The notes below the pieces were generated by a model. That model was not told where the DNA came from and ran no database searches. It saw nothing but the letters and a program-made list of their open reading frames with translations. Positions 1 through 14,500 of a stretch of DNA of 64,000 nucleotides are shown piece after piece. Each line of letters starts with the position of its first letter. The stretch's first letter is position 1. The translations under genes were made by a program, and so were the position numbers. Source of the stretch: the human T2T-CHM13v2.0 reference genome, Homo sapiens. Location of the stretch: the NCBI RefSeq assembly GCF_009914755.1, contig NC_060947.1. One strand, 5' to 3'.

Positions 1-137
1 GAGAAAAGGGGGTAAAGATAGACAAAGAGAAAAGGGGGTAACAATAGCTAACATTTGTTATAATTATTGAATGTTTGGTACTTTCAGATGAGAAAACTGA
101 GGCTTAAAGAAGTCAATTAAATTACCCAGGTAACTGA

Positions 138-468
138 TAGATCCGTAATATTTTATCTGAAGCCCTTGAGAACAGGTATGTTTCAGGATTCAAAAATTGT
201 TGGATTTTAGAAAGATATATGGTACATGTATCACATATTATACAAAATCATTAGCAGGATTGGTGGCAATAGCACATCATCAAATACATTAATATTAATG
301 CATTGAAATATATGAATATTTACACCTAGTGAAATAAATAAAGATTATAAATAGTTCCATACTATTTCACGTCAATTCAGGTTTTGCTGTCAAATAAGTT
401 ACAAAATACCCTTATTTTTCAAAACCTTTTTTAACCTTTGGAATTGCAAACAAGGATTGCAGGTTTGT
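138..468 (+). mobile_element. MER46C-like (Tigger/TcMar) DNA transposon inserted in a MIR fragment
   Basis: ttatctgaagcccttgag...tgtttcaggattc start and ggaattgc...ggattgcaggtttg end resemble recalled MER46C; MIR core cagatgagaaaactgaggct lies at ~85-135. Confidence 0.65.
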
Positions 469-545
469 GGTAAATGGTAGAGAATAATGAATAATGAGTG
501 ACAGCCCAGGTGTGTCAGACTCCAGAGAAGGGCTATTGCCGTGCT

Positions 546-991
546 GCCTTAGTTTTCCACTGCTGCTAGACAAATTACCACAAATTTAGCAGCTTAAGGA
601 ATGCAATGTCTTATCTTACAGTTCTAGAGGACAGAAATCTAAAAATGGGTCTCACTGGGCTAAAGTCAAGATGTCAGCACTGCTGCATTTCTTCTAGAGA
701 CTCTAAAGGAGAATCTATTTTCTTGCCTTTTCCAGCTTTTAGAGGCTGCCCACATTCCTTGCCTTATGGCCCCTTTCTTCCATCTTTAAAGCCAATGATG
801 GTAGGCTAAGTCCTTACCTCTTATCACTCTGACCTTCTCTTCTGACATCCTCTTTCATATTTAAAGAGCCCTTGTAACTACGCTGTACTTGCTCAGATCA
901 TCCGGGATGTAGTAGAGCACTACCGTGGGATGTGTGTGTGTGTGTATATATATATGTAAATATATATATAAAAAAATAAAAAAATATAGAA

Positions 992-1023
<32 letters not shown>

Positions 1024-1711
1024 CCTACTGGGTCTGTCTCTCTCTCTCTCTAGTACATATATATGTAATATATATGTAATAATATATGTAATATATGTAA
1101 TAATATATCATATATACATATATACATATATACACATATATACATATATATACATATATATATATATATGTAGTAGAGAGAGAGAGAGAAAGAGACAGAA
1201 ACAGAGATTTATTTAAGGAACTATCTCACATGATTGTGGAGACTAGCAAGTCCAAAATCTGAAGTCACCAGTAGGCTGGAGACCCAGGGAAGAACTGGTG
1301 TTGCAGTTCAAGTCTGAAGGCCCTCTGCTGGAGATTTCCTTTTTGCTTGGTGCTTGGGAGAAATTAGTCTTTTGTCCTATTCAGGTTTTCGAATGGTAGA
1401 TGAGGCCCAATCAGATTATGCAGGGAAATCCACTCTACTCAAAGTCCATCAATTTAAATATTAATCTTATCTAAAAAGCCCTTACAGAAACATCTAGAAT
1501 AATGTTTGACCAAATAACGTTTGGTAAATAAGCAACGTTGACACCTAAAATCAATCATCGCACAGGTAATCTCCTCATCTCAAAGTCAGTGGATTAGCAG
1601 CCTTATTTTCATGTGCAGCATTAATTTTCCATAGCCATGTAATCTGTCATATTCGCATTTCCAGGGATTAGGACGTGAACATCTTTGGGGGCCATTATTC
1701 TGCCTACCACA
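546..1711 (-). mobile_element. MLT1C/D MaLR LTR split by an MLT2 insertion
   Basis: ttagttttccactgctgc...caaattaccacaaatttagcagctta start; ends ccattattctgcctaccaca; interrupted at 908-1562. Confidence 0.8.
908..1562 (-). mobile_element. MLT2 (ERVL) LTR with an expanded (TG)/(TA)/(GA) microsatellite
   Basis: gagatttatttaaggaactatctcacatgattgtggagac...gttgacacctaaaatcaatcatcgca matches the MLT2 reverse complement. Confidence 0.8.
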
Positions 1712-3448
1712 GTGTGGTTGCACAAGTTGCACACAGCACAATTCCAAGGGGGCACCATTCACCTAGACCGCAATTTGAACAGTAACCCCAAAGCCATGCA
1801 ATCTGGAGGTCCTGTTGCAGAACCTATTTGCCTAAACACAGCCATTGCACTTAAACTGTCTACCAGGGAAGGAGTGTACTGAAACGTTTTCCAGCTTCTG
1901 GCAAACAGGGTGATGATGGCTTCTGTATCAATGTATCAGTAATTATGCTCCACAGGAGATGAGAGGGAGCCAATGTGGGAATGTAGGGAATGTAGGGAAT
2001 CACCCTGTGGAACATAGGGGCAGAGCTGTTAGGTTTGCAATTCCAAGTTTTCCTCAGGCTTAAGCTGAGATAGTCTCGAGTAGGCTTTTATAACTCAAAT
2101 AGGATTGTCTCCTCCGGATAACTCTGAGTGTTTTGTGGAGGGGAGGCGAAAAAGCTGCAATCCTGATTATAGGAAGCCTGGTGTGAGGTTTCAAATGAAC
2201 ACTTTCCAGTTCATCCTCTGAGGCAGGGAATTCTTGGGTCTGGTGTGGCTGAGTGGGTGATGAATATTATTTTAATAGCTATGGGGCCAACAGATCTATG
2301 ACATTTTTCTGCAGAAAAGCATTTTTCAGGAGAGCTGAAAAAATCCTAGAGTATCTTATATTTTCATTGTTTTTTTTTTCCATAGATGACAGAAAAGCAA
2401 ATACCTTTTAAATAGTCAAATTATCAAAGAGATGGACCTTTACCACAATTTGCTCTATTGCCCTTTCCCCAAACTAAGCTAAGAAAACAGACAAGAGAGG
2501 AAAGAAAAATCAGAAAGTCTTTTCAAATATGCCAGGGCCATTAATTCAAACTGTTTCAGGAAACCTAGGAGGGAAAGATCCCTCTTTTGTGGCTGATGTG
2601 AAAGATCTCATTTATCATTGTTTGCAAAAGCTCAATGAGGCAAACCTCTATCTCTCAACCCTTCCAGTTCCTACAGTACACAGCCACACTCTAGATGTTT
2701 CATTGATGTAAAGAGAGTCATTACTACAGATAGTTAAGTAAATCGGTAAAAATTCTGCTGTCAGTGTATAATCACTATTTAGTTCTTTGTAATGTCCTCA
2801 GCAACTTCGGTTTCTGGCATCCTATTGCTCAGGGCAGGGGCAACAGTCTGGTTTTGATGTTGATTGGCTTTTATTAGGAGACAGGAAGTTTGATCTAGAT
2901 TAAAACAGTGCCAGTGAACATGGAGAACATGAAAAAGGTCAGCAGGTTAGGTGAGCAAATTGCCACCAAATGGAGGATGTGACCTCAATTTTTCCATTAA
3001 CAGAGACGACCCAGAGCTGACAAGTTCTTGGAGACACAGTATTTGTTCAAAACAGAGAAATACAAAAAGGAAATATTTGACAGTTCTTGAAGCTCCTATG
3101 TCTTCATCTGAATGCCCATTGGGTTATTTGTTAATGGGATTAGCACGCATTCTGTCAGATCTCTTGACTCCACAGCCCATGCTCATTCTGTTATGTCACA
3201 TTATTAAATTATGCTCAGTATCTTCTGCTTAATGTGTAATACATCTTAGAATGGAGAGAGGACAATCTGGCTAAATTTTATAAAGATTTGAAGCAAAAAT
3301 GAAAACAAATTATTGCTTAAAAGTTGAAGGCTTTGGTTGACAGACAAACCAACATAGAGAAGACCTTACTATATTTTGTTTATAAACACGATTTAATATT
3401 TTAATCTTTCCAGATTTTTTTCAATTGTCAGGTAATCAGAGCCTAAGG

Positions 3449-3655
3449 CAGGGGTCAGTAAAAGTTTTCTGTAAAAGGCCAGATAGCAAATATTTTAGGC
3501 TTTGTGGGACAGATAGTCTCTGCTGTAACCACTCAACTCTGTTGCTGTAGCATAAAAGCAGCCATAGACACTGTGTAAATGAATGGGCATGGCTGTGTTA
3601 CAATAAACTTTATTGACAAAACACCTGGAGGACCATATTTGGCCTGTGGGCAGTG
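3449..3655. mobile_element. MER58A (hAT-Charlie)
   Basis: caggggtcagtaaaagttttctgtaaaaggccagatagcaaatattttaggctttgtggg. Confidence 0.85.
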
Positions 3656-4819
3656 CAATTTTGATAATAAGGTATAAAAATTAGAGTGATAAAGAAGGTC
3701 AGTCACCCAATCTGGTTGCAGATGGGAACAGCTGTCAAAACCATTGTTTCCTATATGTTTTCAACAATATTGGAGTTCTTAAGGCCTTTATTTTGTCTCC
3801 CTGCTGTTCTGCACTCTGCTAGCATGCCACAGGATCCTTTGAGAAAGGGGAAAAAAATTGGGGGATGGGTGGGTCATTGATTAGGGTGCCTAGGATGCTT
3901 AAAGGACATAGAATGATTTGGCAAAAGTTGCCTTATGTGCATGGGTATAAATCATCCAAGAGTTTTCGTTCTTATTTTCTGACAAACAGCAACAAATTAC
4001 CTAACCAAGACAAAATAGATACATGTTCTTTTCATCATTTTGGGGCATGGAGGGCAGAATCCAGCAAACACTAGGCTCAGTCCTCCTAAAGAAAGCAAGC
4101 TTTTGAACTATGAAGCTTAATTGTGGTTACTCCTCCTTCTTTACTTAGGAAACATGCTCCCCTCTCTCAATATCTCTCATTGTTAAGTAAGTGTCGTTCC
4201 AAGGGCCAGATTTTAATCATAAATGTCAAGTATACTTACAAATGACACGTGCACATATAAATATCAAATGAACCATGTAGTTCCTCATATCCTCTCCTAC
4301 TGAAGTGCAGAAGACACCATGCAGGAGACTCACGAATCGAGGATTTCAATTCTTAACGGAGTTTGTTCTTGTGCCGGAGGCACAGCTATCTAGTTAGCTG
4401 TTCTATTCACTTGACAGCTTCGCATTGAAATTGTAACATTTTTCAGAATTGAAGCCAATGAACCACGTTCTTGTTTATAGGAAGTTACACACAGAGTGCA
4501 AGCCCTCCTGCTGAATTTTTTGAAAGAAAATGGGATCAACAGAAAAACATAATTTTAGAGGAAATTGGCTGTGTGGTCAATATTTTGAAATGCCCTTTGT
4601 ATTACTTACTTAGTCACGTGACTGGAAACCATTTGCCTTCATGTCAGTAAATCTTCCCTGCTTGTGCAATGGGAAGCCATGGCCCCTATTTATATTTTCA
4701 CAATTTACCTTTTCCTGGAAATGGATCCCTTTTCTCCAAACTCAATTTTTGGAGTTTTCAATAAACATGCAGAAGTTCTATAATATGTGCTGAGTTTCCT
4801 GCACATGTGTGGATTCCTT

Positions 4820-5960
4820 TCTTTATCCATTTAGTAAATACTTATTGAGTGTCTTATCATGTTTTAGGTGCTGGATATAAACAGCAATGAACTCAGAGAG
4901 CTTACATTCCAGTTCAGGAGACAGATCTTAAATAATTAATCATCCTAGTAAATAAATAATTGTAAACTGCAGCAAGTGCTATGAAGGAAAAGCACATTGT
5001 GCTCTTAGAGCTCAAGATAGGCAGAACTGACCTAGTCTGAGATCATGGAAGACGTCTCTAAGGAAGTGACCATTTGGGCTAAGACTGGAAAAATGAGTAG
5101 AGGTCCACTAGACAGAGTGGGAGTCAGAGTATGCCAGGTAGAGAGAACGCTAGATTCAAAGGCCTTGAAGTGGGAAAGAACACAGAACACTACAAATAGA
5201 CTAATGTGTCCTAATCTAGGAAGGGAGCAGGACAGGGACACAACAGTCATTTATTCATCAAATGTTCTGGGAGACTACTGTGTATTGGGAACTAATCTAG
5301 GTACTGGGGACACAAAATGACAAAAGAAGAAAAAAGAAAAAAATCCCTGCCTTCATAAGAGTTCACATTTTAGTTGGTGAGAGAGACTATAAATATATAA
5401 CAAGGAATTAATTAGATTTTCTATAGTGATAAATGCTAATATGGTTTGGTTCTGTGTCCAGCCCCCACCAAATCTCATCTAGAATTGTAATCGCCACATG
5501 TCGAGGGAGGGCTCTGGTGGAAAGGGATTGGATCTTGGGGGCAGTTTCCCATCTGCTGTTCTCATGATAGTGAGTGAGTTCTCATGAGATCTGATGGTTT
5601 AAAAGTGTTTGGCAGTTTCCCCTCACTCGTTCTGTCTCCTGCCGCCACGTAAGTCATACCTTGCTTCCCCCTTCACCTTCTGCCATAATTATAAGTTTCC
5701 TGAGGCCTCCCCAGCCATGTGGAACTGTGAGTCAACTAAATCTCTTTTCTTTATAAATTACCCAGTCTCAGGTAGCTCTTGATAGCAGTGTGAACATGGA
5801 CTAATACAATTGCTCTGAAGAAAATGAAGCTGGATGTTCAGTGAAGGTCTATCTCTGGAGATGCCATTTGATTAAATATTGATTGAGGTGAAGGAGCCAT
5901 TCAGATGAAGATCTGAGGGAGGAAAATTCTAGGTGGTAGAATTAGCCTGTAAGAACATAC
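4820..5960 (-). mobile_element. L2 3' fragments
   Basis: catttagtaaatacttattgagtg and cattt attcatcaaatg-type L2 termini; interrupted by MSTA. Confidence 0.6.
5437..5808 (+). mobile_element. MSTA MaLR solo LTR
   Basis: atatggtttggttctgtgtcc...caaatctcatc...ataaattacccagtctcaggt...ggactaataca; 5-bp TSD aatgc/attgc. Confidence 0.9.
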
Positions 5961-6589
5961 CTGGTGTGTTTTTTAGACTATATTTTATTTAGTGTTCAAA
6001 ACCAATTCAAGAGGCAGCTTGAGCTAAGTTCATGGCTAATACATATCAGGGTAGGATTTAAACCCAAGTCTATCTATTCCTTCCCTTTTCCCATCATAGA
6101 GTAATGCCTCTTTAGAGGGTATTAAGCCATGTCCATGTGCACAGGTCATTTAATCAAATCATCATTTAATCATTACAGTTATTTATTTAATCATTTCATT
6201 TATGTATTTAATCATTTCAGTCAAAAGTGTCACTCCTGAGAGTGAACAAAACCTTTAGTATGTATCCTAGGTGAAACCCCAAGCTATTGCTGATAAAGGT
6301 GTTCTTCCCTTTTTCTGTTGGAAAACACTCCTGCGAATCTCGGTATTAGGAGAGTTCACACTTACTGTATAGTATGTGATATGTTTGGGAATCACTGTAC
6401 AATGTAGAGAAAGTCCCAGGCTAATAGGAGACTTGGGTTTTATGCTTTTACTTCCATTCAATTAGTTGTACAAACCTAAGCAAGTTACATCCTCTCTGAG
6501 TTCCAATTTTTCATCTGTAAAATGGGAATGTTAAAAATAGCTTTTTTTTTTTTTACACCTCTCAGACTTCTGAAAATCCAATTAAAATG

Positions 6590-7500
6590 TTGCCTCTTCC
6601 TTCAAAATATATCCAGAATCCAACAATTTGCCCCCCATCTTCACTGCTACCATGACCACTTCTTTCCTGGATTATTGCAATAGCAGCCTGACTGGTGTCC
6701 CTCTGTCCTTGCCACTCCAGCCCTGAATGCCATTCTGAATGGAACAACCAGAGTGATCCTGCTAAACGCAAGTCAGATATTAGTGGAACTTATTACTCTC
6801 CTTTTTCCCCCAGTGAATTCATTCATTCACTTGGAATTAAAGTCCAAATCTTCATGTTTACATGTCCCCCCATGATGTGCCTGCCCACATTACCACTCTG
6901 ACCTCCTCATCTGGTCCTCTCAGATGCTCTTGCTCTAGCCTTGCAGGTTTTCTTGGTATTCTTCCTCAACCACACTAGGCACAATTTCACCTCCAAGATT
7001 GTTGCTCGCTGTTGCCTCTGTCAGGAATAGTCTTTATGCAGCGAGCTGCATAGCCCACACTCATACTTCTTTCAAGACTCTGCTCAAATGCTACCCTGTC
7101 AATGAAGTTTACAGTGACTATTCTATTTAAAATGGCAACTACTCTTTTCTGCATTTCAGACTCCCTTATCCTGCTGTACTTTTTCTGTTTTCCTTTCCAT
7201 AGCACTACTCATTGTTTAAACATACTTATTTATAGAATGATCATATAACATTTTGCAAAAACTGGGATATTTTTGAAAATGAAAGCGGGTGCCATTAAAT
7301 TATCCCAGGACAATAGATATAAACTTCGACTTAGTAATTTATAATGATTTTTACAAATGTTATGTTTCCCTTTGCTGGTTTTCACAAGAAAAAGGATCAT
7401 TGAATGTTTTGTTGTTTACTTATTTATCTCATGTGCCAATAAAAATGCCTGACACATAGTAGATTATCAATAAATATTCTCGAGTGAATGAATAAATAAA
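6590..7500 (+). mobile_element. L2a 3' region
   Basis: ccttcaaaatatatccagaatc...cctggattattgcaatagc...gcctgacacatagtag...caataaatattctcgagtgaatgaat. Confidence 0.75.
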
Positions 7501-7539
7501 AATAAAAAATAAATAAAACAAACAAAAAAAGATGTTTAT

Positions 7540-7841
<302 letters not shown>

Positions 7842-7957
7842 TCATTATCTATAAAGTACTATATAGCTCTACATCTTAATTTACTAATTTTTCTAAGGAT
7901 ATCTATATATGTTTATAGATACATATGGTGTGGAATATATACCTGAATATATGTGTG

Positions 7958-7959
<2 letters not shown>

Positions 7960-7993
<34 letters not shown>
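7960..7993. repeat. (CA)n microsatellite
   Basis: Uninterrupted AC run. Confidence 0.95.
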
Positions 7994-7995
<2 letters not shown>

Positions 7996-8327
7996 TATAT
8001 ATTTAATATCAGCGAATCCTCCCCACTTTACCCCATTTAATCCCTAGGATAGAGTAAAAGATAACTTTGCCATATAGTTTATGTATACTTTAAAATGCTA
8101 AAGGCTGATTTGAAAGATAAACATGATGTAGGGACAATTATTACAAGAAAGTTGAAAGGTGCTATTTGTTTAAAAACATTGCTTTTTTCCATGAGGGTAC
8201 ATGTCCCTGATGAGGGCTTCCAGATGCTGACGGTCACCTCAAGGAATTGTTGATACAGCTGCACTGAAAATTAGCATGATGCATGTACGAGGCTGTGCAG
8301 TGGAAAGCAAGGTAATATTCTTTCCTA

Positions 8328-8650
<323 letters not shown>

Positions 8651-10239
8651 GAAAGGTACACTGTTAGTTGAGGAGTAGACAGGAAGCATGGAGGAATTGA
8701 GAGAGTTCCTGCAAAGGATGAGCCGCATGGAGTGGAAGTGGTATCTGGTAAGAAGACAATCAATTGGTAAGAGTTAAATTAATGGTTGAAGTAAATTAAC
8801 CCTTGTCAGGCTATACAAAATTCTTGACAATTGGAAATAGCCATTTCTGTACTTGTACACACTATGCATCCACTCATCACTCCATCTACTCTATTTATTG
8901 ACCTATTCTTGAATGAATTTTTGGCAGAAACCAACATACAATGTGCTATTATCAAAGTCAATGAGTGAACTGAATCCAAATGCAAAATGGTTTAAAGTCT
9001 ACTTTGCTTACCCTGTAGTTTTGGAAATGCTTAGATAACAAGAGTGTGCAGTTTACTTATAAAGCCAAAGCAAAATCAATAGATAAGCTTTCATGCTTCC
9101 TTTCTCAGTTGATGATATCGATGGGAATGAATAAGCCAGAGTCTTGGCTTTTAACTAAATTTAAAAACAATAAAGCCTTATTGGGTGGGACTTTGTGGGC
9201 CTTTTATCTTCCTCCCCGCTTTGGTAAATCAGGTTTGGCTGAGTTGGTTTTCCAGGCATCCCACCCCAGCAACATCTGAAATATCTTTTCCATTTCTAAT
9301 GTTTTTCTTATAATCCAAGGATGTATCATAGAACAAAGGCAACAAAGTTTATTGGGTTCAGCTGGATCATGAAAAAAGACATTAGATTTTCTATTTAGGC
9401 ATTTAGCAAATCATAGGAGAAATCAATATGCAAAGAAGTAAAACCTTTACAATTCCACTAATGGAAAAGAGAGAAAGACTGTTTTCTACCTTCTTTTGAT
9501 TTCTTTTATGAGATTTCAGCCTTCTGATAGCCTTAGGAAACTGGCCTCTAGTTCAGATTCACGTTCAGCTTTTGTGGTTTGTATTGCCCAGAGTTGCGAA
9601 GTCAACTGTTTTGTTTAAATATTTTAAAAGTACCAAACTAGAAATACAAAGCCTGAGCAGAACTAGGCACATAGAAGGAACTCAATATATGTTTTAATTT
9701 AATGTGAGATGGTTGATATATTCTGTAAGCATATTCATCTGTCAATCTGTCTGATGCTAGGCAGCCTCCTAATATCTGAATAGCTAAAGAAGAGATACAA
9801 AGGTGTGAATACCACGGTCACAGACTCAAATATGCTAAAACATAACTTACTTTATTTTTATGTTAGTGAAAGCATTTTTTTTCCAAGTCTACCTTATTAG
9901 CAGTAGAAAACAACAATGACCACCACCATAGCAACAGGAATAAAATCTTTAATTTAGCTGCTTCCAGGTAAACTCAGTCCAAATCTGTGATGTATTAATT
10001 AATACAAATTAATAGTCTATCCACATTCAGATTTAAAACATCTCACATTTTTTCTCCCTTCTTCATCTTTTTGCACTTTCTTTTAGGCTTTTGAGCACGG
10101 TGATAATGTTGTTGGGAACTCGGCTTATGCTGCTGTTATATGAGGTTTTTGAGGAAAGGGCCTCGAAATGCTCTCTGCTTCTTATCTGTGTTGATCCTAT
10201 TGGGCAATCCTACTCCAGTTGACCTTCTCTTGTATATCC

Positions 10240-10732
10240 ATTATGCAAGCTTTTGCCTGAAAGTAACAAAAGTCCAGTAGTTCCTCAAAAAAAGGATATT
10301 TACTATTTAGTAGTAAGAAAATCCAGACACAGATGGCCCCAGGGTTGGTCTGGAAGCTCAATGACCCAGACTCTTATTATTTTTCTTCTCTGCCATTCTT
10401 TGCAGGTTGCTCTGTCAATTTTGTGCTGCCCACCTAAGGATCACAAAATAGTTGCTGCACATCCCAACATCACATAATCTTTCCTAGGCAGAAAGAAGTG
10501 GAGAAGAACCGCTATCAGTAGCTCTCCTCTTGTATATGCCTCAAGAAAGCAGCGGGTACCCAAAAACTTCCACTTAGGTCTTCTTGGCCAGATCTGAGTC
10601 ACAGGTTATCACTTGCTGTGAAGAAGGCAAGGAAAGTAATGTTTTGAGCTTTAGGTTCTCTATAATGGGAGATGAGCCAGGGAGATAGCGTTGAGAATGG
10701 TATTTTGAGTGGCCAGCCTTCAATTTCTGCCA
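10240..10732 (-). mobile_element. Old MLT1 (J/K-like) LTR
   Basis: tcacaaaatagttgctgcacatcccaacatcaca...ttggccagatctgagtcacagg are MLT1-type motifs. Confidence 0.5.
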
Positions 10733-11135
10733 TTATTAGTCTGGTTTTTGGTATAGGAAATGCACAGTAGTTCCTGAGAGTGTGATTGAGATGGTCTTTG
10801 AGAGAATGAATCGGTTGCATCAGTGTAAATTTTTTGATCCCTGAGGGGGACCTTTTGTGCGCAGGAAATGCTATTTGCAGTTACTTGGTTTTAAATTAAT
10901 TTATCTAAAAACCACTTAAAAAGTAGTTATTTTTCTCACTTTTAAATGTAATTTAAAACTCTTAGTCTATTCCATAAATCCTGTGTATTTTATCAATCCC
11001 TTGCAAGGCAGCCTTTGATTAATGTTGGATCAACTCAAGCTGAACAGACTGAACTCTGCTTAATTAAAAGAACTTCTAAGTGTAAACCCAGATTCCTCAA
11101 TTCTTTTTAGCATTTCAGAGTACATGTTAAAGTCT

Positions 11136-11527
11136 AATATATCAACAAAGAAACACTGCACTGAAATTGAACTTTAGATAGAATGGACCTAACAGACCAT
11201 TATAGAACATCCTACTCAGCAACTGCAGAATATACATTCTTCTTATCAGCTCACGGAACACTCTCCAAGACAGACCATACGTTAGGCCACAAAACAAGTC
11301 TTAATGAATTTTTAAAAATTTGAAATTATACCAAGTATCTTCTCAGACCACTGCAGAATAAACCAACCAGAAATCAATTCTAAGAGGAACTCTCAAAACC
11401 ACAGAAATACATGGAAATTAGACAACATACTCCTGAATGATCTTTAGGTCAGCAACGACATTAAGATGAAAATTTAAACAATTTCTGAAGCAGAGGAAAA
11501 TGGAAACACAACATATCAAAATATCTG
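11136..11527 (+). mobile_element. L1 ORF2 fragment (end of endonuclease domain)
   Basis: Translates to MDLTDHYRTSYSATAEYTFFLSAHGTLSKTDHTLGHKTSL, the L1 ORF2 EN motif. Confidence 0.92.
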
Positions 11528-14500
11528 ATTTTCTTTTTAAGCACTTCAATACCTGACCAGGCAAACTTATGATCCCAACAAACAGAGATTGTAAATTGCT
11601 TGAACAACTCATATATTGAATAATTTAAACTTGTAAATATAAAGAATCTCAAGTTTTCTCTTAAATATTCTAACACAATAAAAAGTAAATTTAGTCAAAA
11701 TATTTTACATCCTTTAATGAAAAAATGACAAACTAATAAAACATTTTAAATGAGAATCTGTCTGTTCTCTCTGTTTAAACTGTTACTCTAAAATATGTCA
11801 TATTCTCTTAAACATCAAAAGCACATTCAGTACCAACTGCACACACATTATTCTGAATTTCACATATTGGTATTCATACTATGGACTTTGTTCACTTCAT
11901 TATATCTGTTTTTTATTCCAAACCTCCCTAAGATTTTTAAGGATACTTAGTTTCAAGGAGAGTAGCACATCATCAGGCCAGGCAAGCTGATTTTGTCATT
12001 ACAAGGCAACTGAGATCACTTATGGGCCAGAGATTTGAGGGTAGGATGCAGTACAGAGTCAACAGCATTCCAGGGAGAGTCTATTTGTGTGCAGTTGTGT
12101 AAACTGAGCTTCTTGTTTTTGTCACTGTGGTGAGAGGAAATTCAGAGACCATGTCCTTTAGCTAGGGTTGGTTTTTTGTAAGATCAAGTTGTACCCTTAC
12201 TTCCATCATTCTTCTGTCATCATTACCATCATTTGAATAGATGAGAGTCTTCAAACCCCCCATTCCCCAAATTCATAGCTAATGTCCTTGAACTGATTTC
12301 TACTACCTGAGTGAATTCAGGATTTTTTTTGTACTTTCCCATCGGAGCTACCATTCTTACAGAGATTGTTATGGTATCTGATTAGATTCTGCATACTTCT
12401 TTTACAGTTGTCTCCATGATCATAACCATGTATGGCCATTTCTACTCTGGCATGTGGTCATTATGTAACTACCTCTTCATCTGATTCTAAAGAGGGAGTC
12501 CTGGTTGCTGGGTTGGATGGAACTGTCCTTATCACTGCATCCATTGTTGCTTGTTTTTTCATCGTAGCCATGGGACATTGGACATACCCACTATTTTTAT
12601 CTGGCAACTTTTATTCTCCATTAGATACCCATGGAAACTCTGGTGCTGCCAAACTTGCAGGGGTCTGCAAGCAAAAAGACCCTTTTTGCCTAAGTCTCCC
12701 ATATACATGATAGCCTATGTGCTTTGTCACAACAGGCAGGTACCTCTCTCCAAGGCTTGCTCTTCTTTCTTCCCCCAACCCGAATTCTGTGAAGGATGGT
12801 GACAGATCTTTGGCTTTCCCCTCTCAAATGCCCTTCTACTCTCCTCAGCTCAAAAGGTGGGGGTGAAACAGTATAGAGAATGCTGCGTGTCTGAATGCTC
12901 TTGCCTTTTGAACTTAGAGGCTGGACATTTTAATTTCTTTGTTTTTCTGGACCAATATGTCAACTTTCTTCTGGGTTAATTTTAGCTCCATTTCTCACAG
13001 AGGAATTTGTGTGTTGGGCAGGGGGGTGGTATATGGGAGAAGAAAAGGGCATCAGTTAAAGACTCATAGAATTACTTGGCAAGCCATAGGGGAAGACAGA
13101 AGAATTTCTGCCACATCTTCTAAGTAGGCCTATGATTTAATAGCTAAAGCAGCTATAAGGGGATCTTACAGTTTAGGATGAGAGTATCTTGCAGATTTAT
13201 TGGAACCAAGGCCAGTGGCTTCTCTAAATGTAGCTGATTCCTATTCTTTCACGAGTTCTCCATATAAATGCCACTTCATTGAGGTACTCTTCACTGACCC
13301 CTCTGGCCAGGCAAAGTCCCCCTCTTATATATTCTCAAAGTTATCGTGATTTGTCTTTTAGCACAAATTGCACATTTGGTTTTAAAATTTGCCTTAACCA
13401 GTAGACTGTGATTTCTTAGGGTACCTGGACCTTGCCTCTCTTCTTTATAGCTCTCCTCTCCAGTGCCTGATACTATATTTGGCCCTCAGTATCTGCTGAA
13501 CAAATATTGAATGTATTTATAATTGTTAAGTTTTTTTGGTGAGTGAAATACAGTAAACGTGAACAGTGGATTGTCATGTTTTGAATGTATGAGCTTGGGC
13601 AGTGGACTTTTGGTTACCACATTGAATTCTTGAACTTGCTGGGCAACTTTAATTTTCACCAAGTTTTTTAAAGGTCATGGGATTTAAGTGGAAGGCATGG
13701 TCTCAGGAGATGAGGACATGTCTTGGCATACACAGAATGTGGCATCCTCAGTTTCCAGGAAGGATGACTTTTTTTTTATTTCTGTCAATCAAAAACACAA
13801 TGTTATCTTCAGTGTTTAGTCAAATAGATTGAATGGAGTGATTTTACTTATCTGTTGAAATTTGTTAGTCGAGAAAGACTTTTATAAACTCTAAATGGGA
13901 ATTGAGATGAATCTAAAGCTTCCTTTCATTTTGTAAATCAGGGGAATCTTCCTAGACTTATTTTCTCCCTGACATTCTTTTATATAATGCATTTGAGCAG
14001 ACTAAAGATGAAACAGAGATTTTTTCATGTCTTTTGACCCTGAGACATTTATATGAGTCTTTTAAAACATGAATATTTTTGGCTCTAACAACTGCACCTT
14101 TGAAATGGCATGAAACGTACTGTTTAGAACTGCAAATATCACTGACATTTCTAAAGTGCGAACAGTGTTTAATAGCATGACAGAAAATTTATTGCTTCTG
14201 CAAGAACATAGATATTCTTTCAAAGTTGATGGTATTTAAGAGTTAAATAAGTAAGTGGAAAACTCACGACAGACTAGTCTATGTAACCAGAGGTAGGTAT
14301 AATAATTAGGAGGATTGTGAAACTCTTAACGCTTCAGTAAACATGCCAAATATCTGTGGCAGCCTTCTGTTCTCTGAGCCCAGATTGCTGCTTTGTAGGT
14401 ATGTATCAATCTTCACTACTTACTATGTTCAACCTTTCTGAATCTGTGATCGGGATCCATCTGTTCGACTACATTTATTAGTGTGTTTTCTTATGACATA

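Noticed and set aside
1-47. gagaaaagggggtaa direct repeat at the window edge
   Set aside because: Simple short duplication truncated by the window; no further structure visible.
12160-12990. RBMX or GPBP1 assignment for the decayed ORF
   Set aside because: Only low-complexity resemblance and no RRM upstream; left unnamed.
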